A DNA stretch of 64,000 nt. Origin: Octopus vulgaris. Its lineage: Eukaryota. The stretch spans positions 36,642,001 to 36,706,000 of the forward strand of contig OX597827.1 of NCBI GenBank assembly GCA_951406725.2. Direction: 5' to 3'. Position 1 is the stretch's first letter; each line of letters starts with the position of its first letter. A program made the position numbers and the translations under genes. Shown here piece after piece: positions 50,688 to 64,000 of this stretch. A model generated the notes under the pieces. The model had not been told where the DNA came from, made no database searches, and saw only the letters and a program-made list of their open reading frames with translations.

Positions 50688-51728
50688 CTTCTTCTTCTTC
50701 CTTCACCCTCTTCTCCTCCACTGTTATTATTGTCATTATCGTTGCCTTAATGAGGACAAATATAATTGATCATCGTGACAATGATCTACATTGCCATTCT
50801 CACTCCCATGGTCACTATGATTATCACTGCTGTCATAATTATTAGGATAATGATGATCCTCATCATTGTTGTCATTGTTGTTACCATCTTCATCCTCCTC
50901 CTCATAATTTAAATATTCCTAAAGATGACGGGTGCAATCATAAACAATTAGCACCATTATTTCTCTTCCTTTGCAGTGGCAGTCACATAGGGTCTCTGCA
51001 AAGTAGTCAGATCTACTGGATACTCATTCACGGTTGTGCTCCCACTTTTCATAAGTTTTGTGGAAGCAATATTGTTTACTTGACATCACCAAAATTTATG
51101 ACTGAATTTGACATCCCCTATCTATCCCTAATCCTTCTGTGGAATCCATTCATTCTTCATCTCAACAGATTAGAAGTGTCCTGTCAAACCATACCTTTGA
51201 ATTAGGTTCTGACAGCACATGCTGTACCTTTAATTGTGGTTTAGCTATATCAGCTCCTCACTTCTTTCTCTATATTAATAATCTACTTGTTACTCTAATT
51301 AACAACACGCACTTCTATGGCCATGTTACAATACTTTTACTCCTTCTTAACCTTCTATACACAGGTAAGTCAAGCATGTAACCTAAACCCATGTTTTGAT
51401 CTACACTCTGAGTCCACAAAGATTAAACCTTAGAATCTGCTTCATTTGGGATATGACACAACATTGTTACTTTCAACAGCACTAAGACGTGAACACAATA
51501 CATGTAATATATGAAGTAAAAAACTTTTCTATTTCACCTTTGGTTATCAGAAAAGTAAAACCCTTAAAATCACTACAAATGTTTCCCACCACATCAGATG
51601 ACCTCTGTGATGACCATGCATATCTAACATTGCCAAGCAATTGCATTACAAAGTTTATGGTACCTCTTTGGAGCCAGAACACACACACACACACACACAC
51701 TAATATGTATGTTTATTTATATATGTGA

Positions 51729-51795
<67 letters not shown>

Positions 51796-51803
51796 CATAC
51801 ACA

Positions 51804-51872
<69 letters not shown>

Positions 51873-52604
51873 ACATATATATTCTTTTATTCTTTAACTG
51901 GTTTCAGTCATTTTGACAGCAGCCATATACATACATGTATGTGTGTGTATAAACATTAATATCAAACAGTGAGAACGAGTGCCCACCACCGTATTAGTGG
52001 ATAAATATTCTCTATTCATGGTTTCATGTTGAGAGAGATATATTTCAACAATTATTTAAGTCTGTCACGTGGAATGTTGTTCATCTCCATTTTGGATAAA
52101 AATTACAATAAAACAATAAAATCACGTGAAATCACGTGAGGTTTTGGAATAAGCAAATAAATATACATCTCAGAGGGGGAACAACTCCCAAAATATTATC
52201 TCCCTTGTATTAATTTGAATTTTATAAATATTAAGTTTGAGTTTTAATTGGTGTGCAAACGCACATATTACCATACCTACATTATGCATATTTAGTAATT
52301 TGTATTTGCATGTGTGTGTGTGATTGTCTGCTTGCAGAGCTTTACATGTTTTTCCGTTGTTGTTGTGAATTCATAGGATTGTATATTTATAAGTTTGTGT
52401 GTATATTCATTCTGTGAATCATTTGGTTTCTTGTGCATATACACATATACACAGATATGTGTATGCACACACTTACGCACACATGCATACACACAAGCAC
52501 TCACATATACACACACATAGATATACACCCATATATACATACATACATACACACATACATACATACATGCATACATGCATACATACATGCATATGTATAC
52601 ATAT

Positions 52605-53040
52605 CATCATCGTCATCGTTTAACGTCCGTTTTCCATGCTAGCATGGGTTGGACAGTTCGACCGGGGTCTGGGAAGCCAGGAGGCTGCACCAGGCTCCAG
52701 TCTGATCTGGCAGTGTTTCTACAGCTGGATGCACTTCCTAATGCCAACCACTCCGTGAGTGTAGTGGGTGCTTTTTACGTGCCAGGGGTGGCTGGCAACG
52801 GCCACGATCGGTTGGTGGTTTTTACATGCCACCGACATGGAAGCCAGTCAAGGTGGTGCTGGCATCGGCCACATATGGAAGGTGCATTTTAGGTGCCACA
52901 GTAGGCTGGCAACGGCCACGATTGGTCGGAGCTTTTTACGTGCCACCGGCATGGAAGCTAGTCAAGGCTGCGCTGGCATTGGCTGTGTACAGATGGTGCT
53001 TTTTATGTGCCACCAGCACAGATGCCAGGGTAGGCTGACA
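52605..53040 (-). mobile_element. RTE 3'-end copy with several diverged hairpin repeat units
   Basis: Reverse complement of the 9630-9793 end plus units related to the 62-bp array. Confidence 0.85.
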
Positions 53041-53419
53041 GACACAAAATGCATACGTGTATGCACACATGCACACACATCATTGCACCTTGTGTTTGGA
53101 TGTTTACTCATAATTGTAGAGTTTCACATTTCTTTCAAATATTTTGATGTCCAACTTGGTTCTTGGGATTATTTCTGAGATTATGGAGTTATGGATTCAT
53201 AAATGAGTGTATATCATGTGATGTCATGGGTATGTATGATGTCCATATATTTGTGTAATGAGGGAGCTCAGCATACGTTGATGAGGGTATGCATCTTTGA
53301 TGCATAAAGTTCATATAATGCATATGATTGCTATTTAGAGAACAAAGCCCTATCCAAGTTGGGTGGTGGTGGTAGCAAAGAAAGTAGTGGGCCGTGTTTG
53401 AAATTTCAGAGTGGGAACT

Positions 53420-53990
53420 GTTACTTGTGTGTGCAGGGAGAAAAAGTTTCATCCATAATATTTAAAATATTTGTATTTGATGTAATAATGTTTAATTTTT
53501 CTGTGATGCAAAGTTTGCGTTTGCTGCCCTGTCCCCTGTATTAGTTGGCCTTAGCAATAATACTCCAGATTATCTGGGGGTTGTTCACACCTCTCCCTTT
53601 CAGTGTCCATACCATATTGGATAAAGATGTTGTGTGTTATTTGTTTATGCCTCTAAACAAAACCAAATGCTCCATATAACTTTCTTTGAAGTTGTTTCCT
53701 GTCCTTCCGATATACGTTTTTTTTTTTTGTTACTCCATTCAAATCTGTGATGTTGGTCTTGTACCCCAGTTCTTTCTTCAGGTACTCATTGTTCAGCCAT
53801 CTGCAGATCCGAAATTACATAGTCTTGGGTGGGGTGAAGGTTTCTAATATTGTTATTTTATTGTGACCAAATACAATTGACCCTATATTGGGGAAGCAAT
53901 AATAGATAACTTTAACTGTATTTCTATTGAAGATCTTAAGGTATTTATGTCAGTGTGGGAAGTGGTTTGATAAAACATTATCACATGATT
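53420..53990 (-). pseudogene. Naiad-like PLE linker/GIY-YIG remnant
   Basis: Minus: KVIYYCFPNIGSIVFGHNK; FKESYMEH; TTSLSNMVWTLK; IWSIIAKA; KLCITEKLNII; SPCTHK. Confidence 0.7.
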
Positions 53991-54289
53991 TCTAAATTTG
54001 ATCAATGGGATCTTGTTTCTCATCACATGTTTCTAGAATTAGTTTGAGTTAAAAGAGATAGCCTGGCCCCCATTCATACATGAGAAAAAGACCCATTGAA
54101 AAGTGAATAACATACAATAAGATATAATAATATATAAATGTATTAAGATACATTAAATACATTATAATGCAGGTAGCTATAGCAATTAAAACCAAAAAAG
54201 TAAAATTAATAAATGAGGGTGTAAAATATCACCAACAATTGCTAGAAATGAGTGCTAAAATTTAACTTGATATATATATATATATCTTT

Positions 54290-56035
54290 TATCCTTGCAA
54301 ATGAATACCATGAGAGCTATGCTGGTGGGAGATTTGTCTCCTGGTAGGGCCACCCAAGCCAGACAGGTCGAAGGTTAGAGACCAGGACTGAAACCAGGAT
54401 AGGGACCTGGAACATCTGAACCCTATATGAGGCCAGGAAAAAGTGCACAAGTGTGCAGAGAGATGCACGGTTACAATCTGAAGATTCTTGGCCTGTGTGA
54501 GACAAGATGAATGGGAACAGGATGTACAAGGCTCACAAGGGGTGACACCATCATCTACTCTGGAAAGGAAGAAGCCCAGCTACACACACACAGAGTAGCA
54601 CTGCTGATGACACCTGAAGCAACATGAGCAATGCTGTCCTGGAAATCAGTGTCACCAAGGATCCTGACTGTAAGATTCAACTCAAAGGGTAAGGAAGTTA
54701 CCATCTGACAGTGTCCCCACAAATGCAGCAAATATGGTGGACAAAAAAGAGTTCTATGAGCAACTCCAAGTAGTCATGGATAAAACACCAAAGAGAGACC
54801 CGAAGATCCTTATGGGAGACTTGAATGCAAAAGTGGGAATGAACAAGAAAGACAGAGAATGATTCATGTGCTGACATGACACCAGAGAACAAAATGTAAA
54901 TGGCGGACTTTTTACAAAATTTTTCTCCTTCAATGACCTAGTCATAAAAAGCACTGTCTTTCCTCACAAGAAGATCCACAAGACAACATAGATTTCCACT
55001 GGTGGCAAGTCTGAAAACCAGATGGACAACATCACCATTGACAGAAAGTGGAGAGGGAGCCTGCATGACGTTAGAGTAAAGCGTGGAGCTGACACAGCAT
55101 TGGATCACCACTTGGTAGTAGCAGTTTACAGGACCAAGCTGAAAGACTTCAACAACTGAGTAGGAAGATCATCACAGAGGTACAATGTATGCAGCCTGAA
55201 AGAGAAAGAAACAGCAGAAAGATTCAAGGTTGAACTGAGGAATAAGTTCAGAGCACTTTCACAATTTCCAGATGAAACAATAGAAGAACAGTGGCACAGT
55301 CTGAGTGAGGTCTGGAGAACAACATGCACAAAAGTCCTGGGGATGAAGACAAGGAAACGTAAGAAGTGGTTAACAACAGAAACATGGAAACTGATCACAG
55401 AGAGAAAACAACTGAAAGACCAGATCAGCCAGACACAAGATCAAGAACAGAAGCAAAAACTACAAGCAGATTACCAGGAGAAAAATCAGAATGTGAAGAC
55501 AAATGCAAGGAAGGACAAGAGAAATGTCATTGAGGAGTTGACTGAGGAGGCAGAGACTACAGCAGGCCAAAGGAATATGAAGAGACTGTATGAGATCACC
55601 AGAACACTCTCTGGAAAAGCCAGCAACCCCAGCCGTCCAGTCAAAAATAAGGCTGGAAACATTATCCCAGGTGAAGAAACTGAGCTCCTAGACATCAACA
55701 CCAACCCACCAACCAAGACTGAGATCACTAAAGCCATCAAGTCCCTTAACCCTTTTGATACCAACCTGGCCAAAAACGCCTCTGGCTCTGTAGTACAAAT
55801 GTCTTACTTTCATAAATATTGAATTAAAATCTTCCACCAAACCTTAGTCACAATTTATGTTCCTAACACTAGCCTAATGATAACTAAGTTCTTTTTCTAA
55901 ATTCCTCGTTACAATTAAAATTAATTGAATGAAACATAGAGCATCTCAAAATAAATACGGTAATGAAAGGGTTGTCAGGAAAGGCAGCAAGCCTTGATGC
56001 GATACCACATGAAGCACTGAAGGCACACATTTTAA
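54290..56035 (+). pseudogene. RTE-clade LINE 5' part (UTR, APE endonuclease, linker), degenerate
   Basis: RIGTWNI, ILGLCETR, ILMGDLNAKVG, TVFPHKKIHK, DVRVKRGAD..DHHLVVA; KAIKSL...SGKAA..D.IP split by a MITE. Confidence 0.85.
55750..55971 (+). mobile_element. piggyBac-like MITE inserted at a TTAA in the RTE remnant
   Basis: ttaa|cccttttgatacc ... ggtaatgaaaggg|tt; RTE sequence resumes afterwards. Confidence 0.75.
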
Positions 56036-56214
56036 GTTCCGCAAAGATCAGTACTTAACTGCAGCTCTTGATGGTCCAAATCAGATATGCAATCTATGTG
56101 CATGTCTTTCCAATACATTGTCTTTACAAAGCCACATCAGACGCCATGATGGGTCTAAGGTGTAGGTACAGGAGATGGTCAGACTCTGCATAAGGAGTAG
56201 ACAACCACCATATA

Positions 56215-56421
56215 CAGGGTGTCATAGAAGTCACGCACCACCCTGGTTTTAAAAAAAAATACACTCTTATTGATTTCAAAAACACTTTACTGAAAATAAT
56301 CGTAACAAATGCTCAAATTGAGCAGCCTCTGCAATTAAAAATGCATCAATTATAAAAGTAAAATGAATTGCATGAATTACTTTTAATGAAAACCAGAATG
56401 GTGCGTGATTTCTGGAACACC

Positions 56422-56424
<3 letters not shown>
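56215..56424. mobile_element. Tc1/mariner-type MITE with ~26-bp TIRs and TA target duplication
   Basis: ta|cagggtgtcatagaagtcacgcacca ... tggtgcgtgatttctggaacaccctg|ta. Confidence 0.85.
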
Positions 56425-56464
<40 letters not shown>

Positions 56465-56469
56465 GGGAA

Positions 56470-56700
56470 GCTTTATGAAGATAGACAAAAGACGAAGGCA
56501 GGTTTACGGAAATAAACAAAAGACGAAGGCAGGTGGAATACAAACAAACAATTGTATTAGTAAGGCGCTCAGGAAATATAAATAAAACAAGTCTTTAACG
56601 TTTCGAGCCTACGCTCTTCAACAGAAAGATACACAGAGAAAAAACACAGAAAGAAGGAGAGAAAAAAAATATGCGTGCAGAAGCTAGCGAATCAACATGG

Positions 56701-56702
<2 letters not shown>
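56470..56702 (-). mobile_element. (TA)n-embedded mini-element with hammerhead-like motif (~56592-56630)
   Basis: Minus: tcttt-CTGTTGA-a-gagc(gtag)gctc-GAAA-cg-TT-aaaga. Confidence 0.7.
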
Positions 56703-56743
<41 letters not shown>

Positions 56744-56773
56744 TATCAAAATATATATATTTATATCTATATC

Positions 56774-56807
<34 letters not shown>

Positions 56808-56811
56808 TATA

Positions 56812-56883
<72 letters not shown>

Positions 56884-57069
56884 TGTATTTATGTGGTGTT
56901 TATGTTCCTTGTAGTAAGCCAATGAAGCACATTCACTGCCCATGGCTACCTGACATCATCCACAGTAGATCTACATCGGGAATTCCTCAGTGTACACTGG
57001 GTATATAGCAAATGATAGAGATGGAAAATGGAATACATGGGAAACTTTATTTTGTGTATTCCATTTTCC

Positions 57070-57144
<75 letters not shown>

Positions 57145-58029
57145 TTATATATATATCTAAATATCATATAATATAATTGTGTTGTATTCAGTATAAGATT
57201 AGACTGTAAATGAGAAATGAGCCATCTGTATTTACACAACAATAATAGTATTCAAATATATTATTGTTTTTGAAGTTTTGCATATTTCAAATGTTCTATG
57301 AATAAATCTGAATAAATTGTATCAAATCTTTGTTTTTTTTTTTTTTTTTTTTTTTTACTTCAAGGACTCAAGTTTCTCAAGTTTATGTCATAAAGAATTT
57401 CTGACATTGCAACGAGTAACATTGATTGTAATATTGGAAACCTTTATAATGAGAGTAAAACACATGCATGCTGTTGTTTAGACCTGTCAAAGTAATTTTT
57501 CTTTCACCAACTGCTGGTGTAGTCATAGCCAGATCTGTCGCAACATCCACATGGTTGTTTTACTTGTTAGGAAAAGCAGCTATATCTCCTTCAAATTATA
57601 CTCTACCATCTTTGATAAGGAAATAACACATTAGATAATGTTGTTCAGCATTTGTGTGAAAGGATAAGGTGGTCACAGTTGGAATACACTTGATCATATG
57701 TCTGTCTGGTCTATTAGAACTAATCTGGAGTAAAAGGAGGAGGAGGAGGAGGAGGAGGAACTCAAATTGAAACTACTTCTGGATAAAGTTCTTTGAATAC
57801 CTCACAGAGAAAAAAAAAAGGTTTAGGGATTAATACTAAAACCGACAGATCTGGAGTAGAGAAGGCATGTTATTGATAAGGCTGTAAATAGTGACAAAAA
57901 GATGTTGATAAACCTAGCCAACTGATTAACTGACTGAATGATTAATCAAACAATTGATTAGTAATGGAAAAAAAAAAAGAAGTGAAATAAAACCAGTGCA
58001 TTTATTATTACATCTACAGGCAATAAAGG

Positions 58030-58440
58030 ATTTCTCTTACAATGTCAAGGGCAGATAGTATGATGCTTGCATCTGAAGTGAGCTGCTGCATGGCAGTGAA
58101 ACATGGGCCTTGAATGCGGAAAATGTGAAGACTAGAAAGAACTGAGATGAACATATTTCACTGGTTGTGCTGTAAGGGTGCATGAACGACAAATTATAAA
58201 TGAATTGTGTATAAGAAGAATCAGATGTAGTGTGCAAAAGAAGAGACTGCAATTGTATGGGTGCATGGAGCAGATGGAGGTTGACAGCTGCATAATGAGT
58301 ACTGAATGCTCAGAGCGAATTGTACCTGTGGAAGAGGTTGACAAAAGAAGGCCTGGGATATGATAATGAAAAATGATCTCAAATATTACATCTGATGAAG
58401 GAGATTACAGAAGACTATGTCAGCTGATGATATGTAGTAC
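58030..58440 (+). pseudogene. Old RTE RT C-terminal fragment (diverged 3' tail at ~58915-59105)
   Basis: gtcaagggcagatagtatgatgcttg...ctgcatggcagtgaaacatgggcc aligns with 8250-8320. Confidence 0.7.
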
Positions 58441-59557
58441 TTCTGATTTCCTGCACAAACTTCTTAGAATGGCTGCTAAAATAGTTGGATAATCTACACT
58501 CCTCTAAGCCTACACCTATTCCATACCCTCTCATTGCTTTATCATCTCATCTGTTCTTCTACCATGACACCCACCCCTTTGAATTCTGAATAGCCCCCTA
58601 CCTCCATCACTCACTTTGTACTTTCCCTCCTTCTTCTACCCTGCATCATGATACTTCAATGGGGAGGGAAGGATTGGACTCTTGAAACCTTCACTCACAC
58701 TCTCTCAGTCATCTGTCACCTTGATCTCCTCTGTTCACCTTCTTTGGTATGTTACTTATACTCTAGCACCTCCTCCTTCTCTATCACTCTCCCCTCTACC
58801 ACTCTTTCACAACAATAGATTCATTCCTCCTATCATACTGTAACTTCTCCCAATATTCCTTCTTTCTCTTATTCTCTCTTTCAGTGGTAGAAACTATGCT
58901 TTTACTGTCTGATTGGTGCTGGTGGCACAGAACAAAAATACATTCAGTACATACTGCAAAAGGTTTGGCATCAGGAAGGGTATCCAGCCACAGAAATCAT
59001 ACTAAAACTAAAGCATTGGAGCAAGATGCAGTTCTCCAAGTCATCAGATCATGACAAACCATCTAACCCATGCCTGCATGGAAAGTGGGTGTAAAATGAT
59101 GAGGAAAATTATAATACATATTCACAAATATACACATGTACACATAAACACGTCTGCATATATGTACATACACATATATACATGCACACAAAATATGTGT
59201 GTATGCGTGCATATATGTGTATGTGTGTGCATGTGTGTATGCATAACTATAATTCTTTCAGAACTGCCAATAACTGTACATAGATGCCTGAGGAAGAAAA
59301 GTTAATGAAAGAGATCTCCCCACCAAATCTCAGACATAAAACCATCATTACAGCTACTAAGCCCCAAATATGAATTGCAATCATTAAGTGCTCTTACATG
59401 CAATACCAAGCTGCTTAACAATTTAAATATCCATTTTGTCTGCTTGGTTGTCAATTATGCTCTCTCTTTTTCTTTCATTCTTCTTTCACTTTCTCTATCT
59501 TTCACTCTTTTTCACTTAACTCTCTATGTATTCAGTGATATAAGATATAAGATGCAA

Positions 59558-59611
<54 letters not shown>

Positions 59612-60214
59612 TATATATATATATAAACAATGAATTAAATAGAGAGATACAATTGACAATCCAACGATTTATTTATATTATAATATAACATAATATACTA
59701 TGAATATGAATATAATATAATATAACATTAAAAATTCATTAAAAAAATAAAACACTTTTTTCAACTTATATACATTTTTTGATATATAAACAATTTAATT
59801 CACTTATATAAGTCTCATCAGAGCTAAAATTTAGAGATGAAATTCCTCATGAAAGGACGGCTAGATAGTAAAAGAATTAACTCAAAAGCCTATGTATTAT
59901 GAGCTTGAGTGTTAACATTTCAACTACATAGCAATTACAATTAAAAAACAACAAAATTATAACGGAAAAAATAATTAAATAATTAACTATCGAAATAATA
60001 TTAATCCAAACTCGTTTAGGTCAAAGACAATCTTTCGCTATTATAATAACATGCAACAACAATATCTAGGTATTTAAATTAAGAATTAGAGTCTTACTTA
60101 ATCTAGAAACTGTAATAAAATGTGTAAAAAGAAATACAAAGTATAATTATATTGGTAATATATAAGAACTCTTCTATTCATTTAAAGTTATTGATATAAA
60201 AAAGATTGTTTAAA

Positions 60215-60464
60215 CAATTGCAGCGTGGAAGGTGTTTGTAAGCCATTTAAGAAACACCACAAAAGCTGTTCAATTCATTGTCAGTGAACAGGTTGCGGAT
60301 TTTAGCGACGAAAATATTTTGACAAATTAAACTTAAATGTTGAAGTGAATCGAATGGCTTTTGTGTGTTTCTTAAATGGCTTACAAACACCTTCCACGCT
60401 GCAATTATTTTCGTTCCAGCACACGATCTCAGATCAAATCACTTGCTATGCGAGTACATCTCCG
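60215..60464 (+). mobile_element. 250-bp fold-back mini-element with 12-bp TSD and a hammerhead-like motif (G3-C8) in the loop
   Basis: TSD agattgtttaaa at 60203-60214 and 60465-60476; ~60-bp arms 60216-60277 / 60346-60406; ttgtca-GTGAACA-g-gttgc...gcgac-GAAA-atat-TT-tgacaa at 60278-60325. Confidence 0.8.
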
Positions 60465-60716
60465 AGATTGTTTAAAGTAACTAATAAAAAATGTTCTTTA
60501 TTCATTTAGTTTATTGGAAGAGAAATATGAAGAGAAACATAACAAAAATGTTCTTTGTTTACTTAATTTATCATTTGAAGTTACTTAAATATGGATTATT
60601 ATTCGTATATTATGGAAGGGAGAACTCAGTAAATAAAAATTAAGTAATATAAAATCATTAAAAATCAAAAGGCAGAAACAGGAGGTACATGGTTGCATAA
60701 AATTGTACATACAATG

Positions 60717-60781
<65 letters not shown>

Positions 60782-60816
60782 ATAAATATATATACACACA
60801 CACACACATATATATA

Positions 60817-60853
<37 letters not shown>

Positions 60854-61060
60854 CAAATAAGAAAATGAAAATGGAGAAACAAATTCATCTCGTTCATCAA
60901 CTTACGGATATTACAATTTTACATTATTTATTAATTATACAAATGAGAACATCAAAATCAAACAACACATTATAGAAATCAATAGGTAATATAATAATGA
61001 AAATAATACAAATACATATTTTAATAGTCATATTATAAACTATTAAAATTCATAAACTAC

Positions 61061-61192
61061 TTCTTACAGCTGTTTCAGCCCATGGTCAAAAGTCAATCCA
61101 ACTTATATTGCCTATAGATGTCAGTATATTATGGTTGTAGGCATTAAAAATTATACTTATATGTTAAAAGAAACATAGGCCTTGTCAGAGGA
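61061..61192 (-). ncRNA. Hammerhead-like motif with long loop II inside a (TA)n-flanked AT-rich element (~60850-61500)
   Basis: Minus: tcct-CTGACAA-ggcc...ggct-GAAA-cagctg-TA-agaa; G8>A fits CpG decay of CTGACGA. Confidence 0.6.
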
Positions 61193-61910
61193 TATAATTA
61201 ACTTGAAAAGTATAATAATAATAATATTGATATACAAAACATGCGGCACTTATTATCTAATATATACATATAAATAATAAAACAAATATCCAAAATACAT
61301 ACATATACATTTTCTTATTTGTATTATAAATTTACGGTAAAAATATGTTTTACCGTCACCCATTTAATACAATAAATGAATTAATTGCATTGCAATTAAA
61401 AGCATTTATGTATTAAGAATTTGGGTACTTTACCAACAGTATATTGGATAATTGATATCTCATAGTGGGTTACATTCATAACCCCTATCTTACTTTGACT
61501 ATATATATATATATATACATATATACATACATACATATACACCATAAAAACACACGTAATTTATGAACTTTTTTCTGCAAAAATAAAAATAAACTTTAGG
61601 GGTGCATAAATTACATGAGTAGATTGTTTCCAGAATTCTTTTGAAATTTTTTTTGTTGGAAAAAGGATGTACAAAACGTAAACATTTATACTGGAAGTTG
61701 ACTCATTTAATGTCAGAACAGGTTTTTACAGATAAAATAATGGTTTAAATATAATGAAGGTGACTTTTATTTATGCTGGAGGCAGTGGCCCAGCAACAAA
61801 ATTTGCTAAGGGAGAGCAAACCCAGGTCCTAATTTTTTAGTGAAAAATGTGGATTTTTCCAATGTTAACATTAAAAAACAAATGCTGGTATAATAATAAT
61901 TTGTTTTATT

Positions 61911-62400
61911 ATGAGGGTCGGCTGAAATGTTCATAATCTGAGCAAGACACTCTCAATGGAATGTGACCAAATGAAGTTCATTTTCTAACATAGTTCCTCT
62001 TACTGTCCACAGACTTCCATTAGTAGTTGCAGTGTTGGGTCACACTGGCGAAGAAGCTTTTCTGTTGATCAAAATGGTCATCAACAACATAAGATGTTCT
62101 CATCATAGTGATACTGGTGCTCAGCTGAGTGTTTTTCTGTGTTGGGAAACAGATGATAACCAGAAGGAACCAAATCACTAACATAGGGAGGATGATCAAC
62201 CAGTTCAAAGCCAGTCACACACAGCAGCCATTGAAACCAAGGACTTGTGTGCTGAAGCATTGTCCTAATGAAACAAGACCCCATTCATCAGTTTTTCTGG
62301 GTGTTTGGTCTTGATAGCCTTTCATAACTGCCTTAGGAAGTTGGTATTGAAATTTTCCATTGATGGTGTGATCATTTTGAAGATAGCCAATAAACACAAT
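61911..62400 (-). pseudogene. Mariner transposase C-terminal remnant with 3' TIR
   Basis: GFELVDHPPYVSDLVPSGYHLFPN (YSPDL region) in ORF 62081-62284; TIR-like atgagggtcggctgaaatgttcata. Confidence 0.75.
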
Positions 62401-62715
62401 ATTTTTTGCATTAATGCATAGTATATATAATAATGTGAAGTATATTTTGCATATTAAACTGTTTAATTTTGGAAATGTATCAAGCAGAGCTAAAATAAGC
62501 AGTAAAAATACAAATTGCAAGTATTTCAAAATGTGGGATTCTACATGAGAAAAACTATCAAAAAAAAAAAAAAAAAAAAGAAGAAAATAGTGGTACAATG
62601 AGAAGGCTCAGGATAAGGATAGAGAGAGGGGGTAGAGGGAAGGAAGTTAGAAGGAAAGAAAAGAATGAAAAGTGAAAAAATAAACTGGGATCTGAAATGA
62701 GTACTAGGCAGGAAA

Positions 62716-62971
62716 CTGGCCCCTGTGCCGGTGGCATGTAAAAGCACCCACTACACTCTCAGAGTGATTGGCGTTAGGAAGGGCATCCAGCTGTAGAACT
62801 CTGCCAGATCAAGATTGGAGCCTGATGCAGCCATCTGGTTCGCCAGTACTCAGTCAAATCGTCCAACCCATGCTAGCATGGAAAGTGGACGTTAAACGAT
62901 GATGATGATGATGATGATTTATATATGTATACAGATACATAGATATGTGTGTGTGTATGTGTGTATGTGTT

Positions 62972-63039
<68 letters not shown>

Positions 63040-63120
63040 CTTCAACATTTAAATTTAATTTACCAAAATATTTTCATTGCTTTCAGACCGTGAACTGATC
63101 ATGATAAAATTCTGTGTGTA

Positions 63121-63186
<66 letters not shown>

Positions 63187-63375
63187 CATACATATATATA
63201 TATCATCATCATCATCATTTAATGTCTGTTTTCCATGCTAGCACGGGTTGGACAGTTCAACCAGAGTCTGGGAAGCCAGGAGGCTGCACCAGGCTCCAGT
63301 CTGATCTGGCAGTGTTTCTAGAGCTGGATGCCCTTCCTAATGCCAACCACTCTGTGAGTGTAGTGGGTGCTTTTT
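62716..63375. mobile_element. Two short RTE 3'-end copies in opposite orientation (62716-62917 plus; 63203-63375 minus)
   Basis: Both match 9630-9793 and end in (GAT)n/(ATC)n. Confidence 0.85.
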
Positions 63376-64000
63376 TCTTGTTACTGGCACATATATATAT
63401 ATGTACACACACATACACACACACATACATATATAAAAACACATACCTTTAGGAAGGTATGTATAATTAATTGAAGCTCTGTCTGTTCCTTCCTGTAATT
63501 CTATTTTACTTTCTCTTATGGTTAATTTTTATTAGCACAACCCCAACCATTAAAACTCCTACCATTGGCTAAGTCCCTTTCTAATGTTGCAGCCAAAAGC
63601 TGGCCCAATCAACTCAGTTTCATTATATGAATGGCTTTAATGAACTCCAAATGAACATTTGGTGATATTTCAATATATGTTTCTGAATATTTTTACTGTG
63701 GTCCTTTTTGTTATTGTTGTTAGATTGGGTTGGAGAGATCTTCAAAGTAGTCTGCCTATTTTCTTTTTTTTATTTTTCATTTATTATAACTATTACAAAT
63801 ATAAACAACAAACAAACAAACTTACTAACAAAATGTTCATATATATATGAAATATATATGAACATGCTTTCAAAATGTTTACTTCTCTTTTTCCTTATTT
63901 ATGTATACTTTTAGTTGAGTTTTGGTGTAAGAAGGAAAATTCTTGATTTATCTCTCAAACCAGTAGTAGTAATAGCAGTAGTTGTAGTGGAATTTATGGT

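Noticed and set aside
59745-59830. Minus-strand CTGATGA-gacttatata...tatataagtt-GAAA; also a weak motif at ~17945-18020
   Set aside because: Stem III, cleavage triplet or core too decayed; left uncalled though possibly of the same class.

Overview
AT-rich, microsatellite-dense eukaryotic (metazoan) non-coding DNA. The SINE/LINE repertoire resembles that of octopus/coleoid cephalopods (inference from recalled repeat families, not verified). I see no supportable host protein-coding exon; most listed ORFs are microsatellite artefacts. The window is a nest of transposons: a young 5'-truncated RTE LINE (one premature stop, a PHD-type finger inside the RT region, a 62-bp alternating tandem array in the 3' UTR); a stop-free 5'-truncated R4/Dong-like element in (TAA)n; other RTE, CR1-like, Gypsy and mariner remnants; Helitron, Helentron, piggyBac-like and Tc1-like MITEs; two tRNA-type SINE families; and many Penelope-like element (PLE) remnants (RT and GIY-YIG, some Naiad-like). 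The most striking signal is non-coding. More than a dozen hammerhead-ribozyme-like motifs sit in short elements, often fold-back and mostly embedded in (TA)n. They include a 159-bp-arm palindrome with one hammerhead on each strand (15857-16212), a hammerhead whose core is masked by an antisense C(UUCG)G hairpin (13373-13516), and a 250-bp fold-back element with a 12-bp target-site duplication (60215-60464). Their cores show all three Watson-Crick states I can find at the tertiary 3-8 pair (C3-G8, U3-A8, G3-C8). All folds were read by eye and need computational and biochemical checks.
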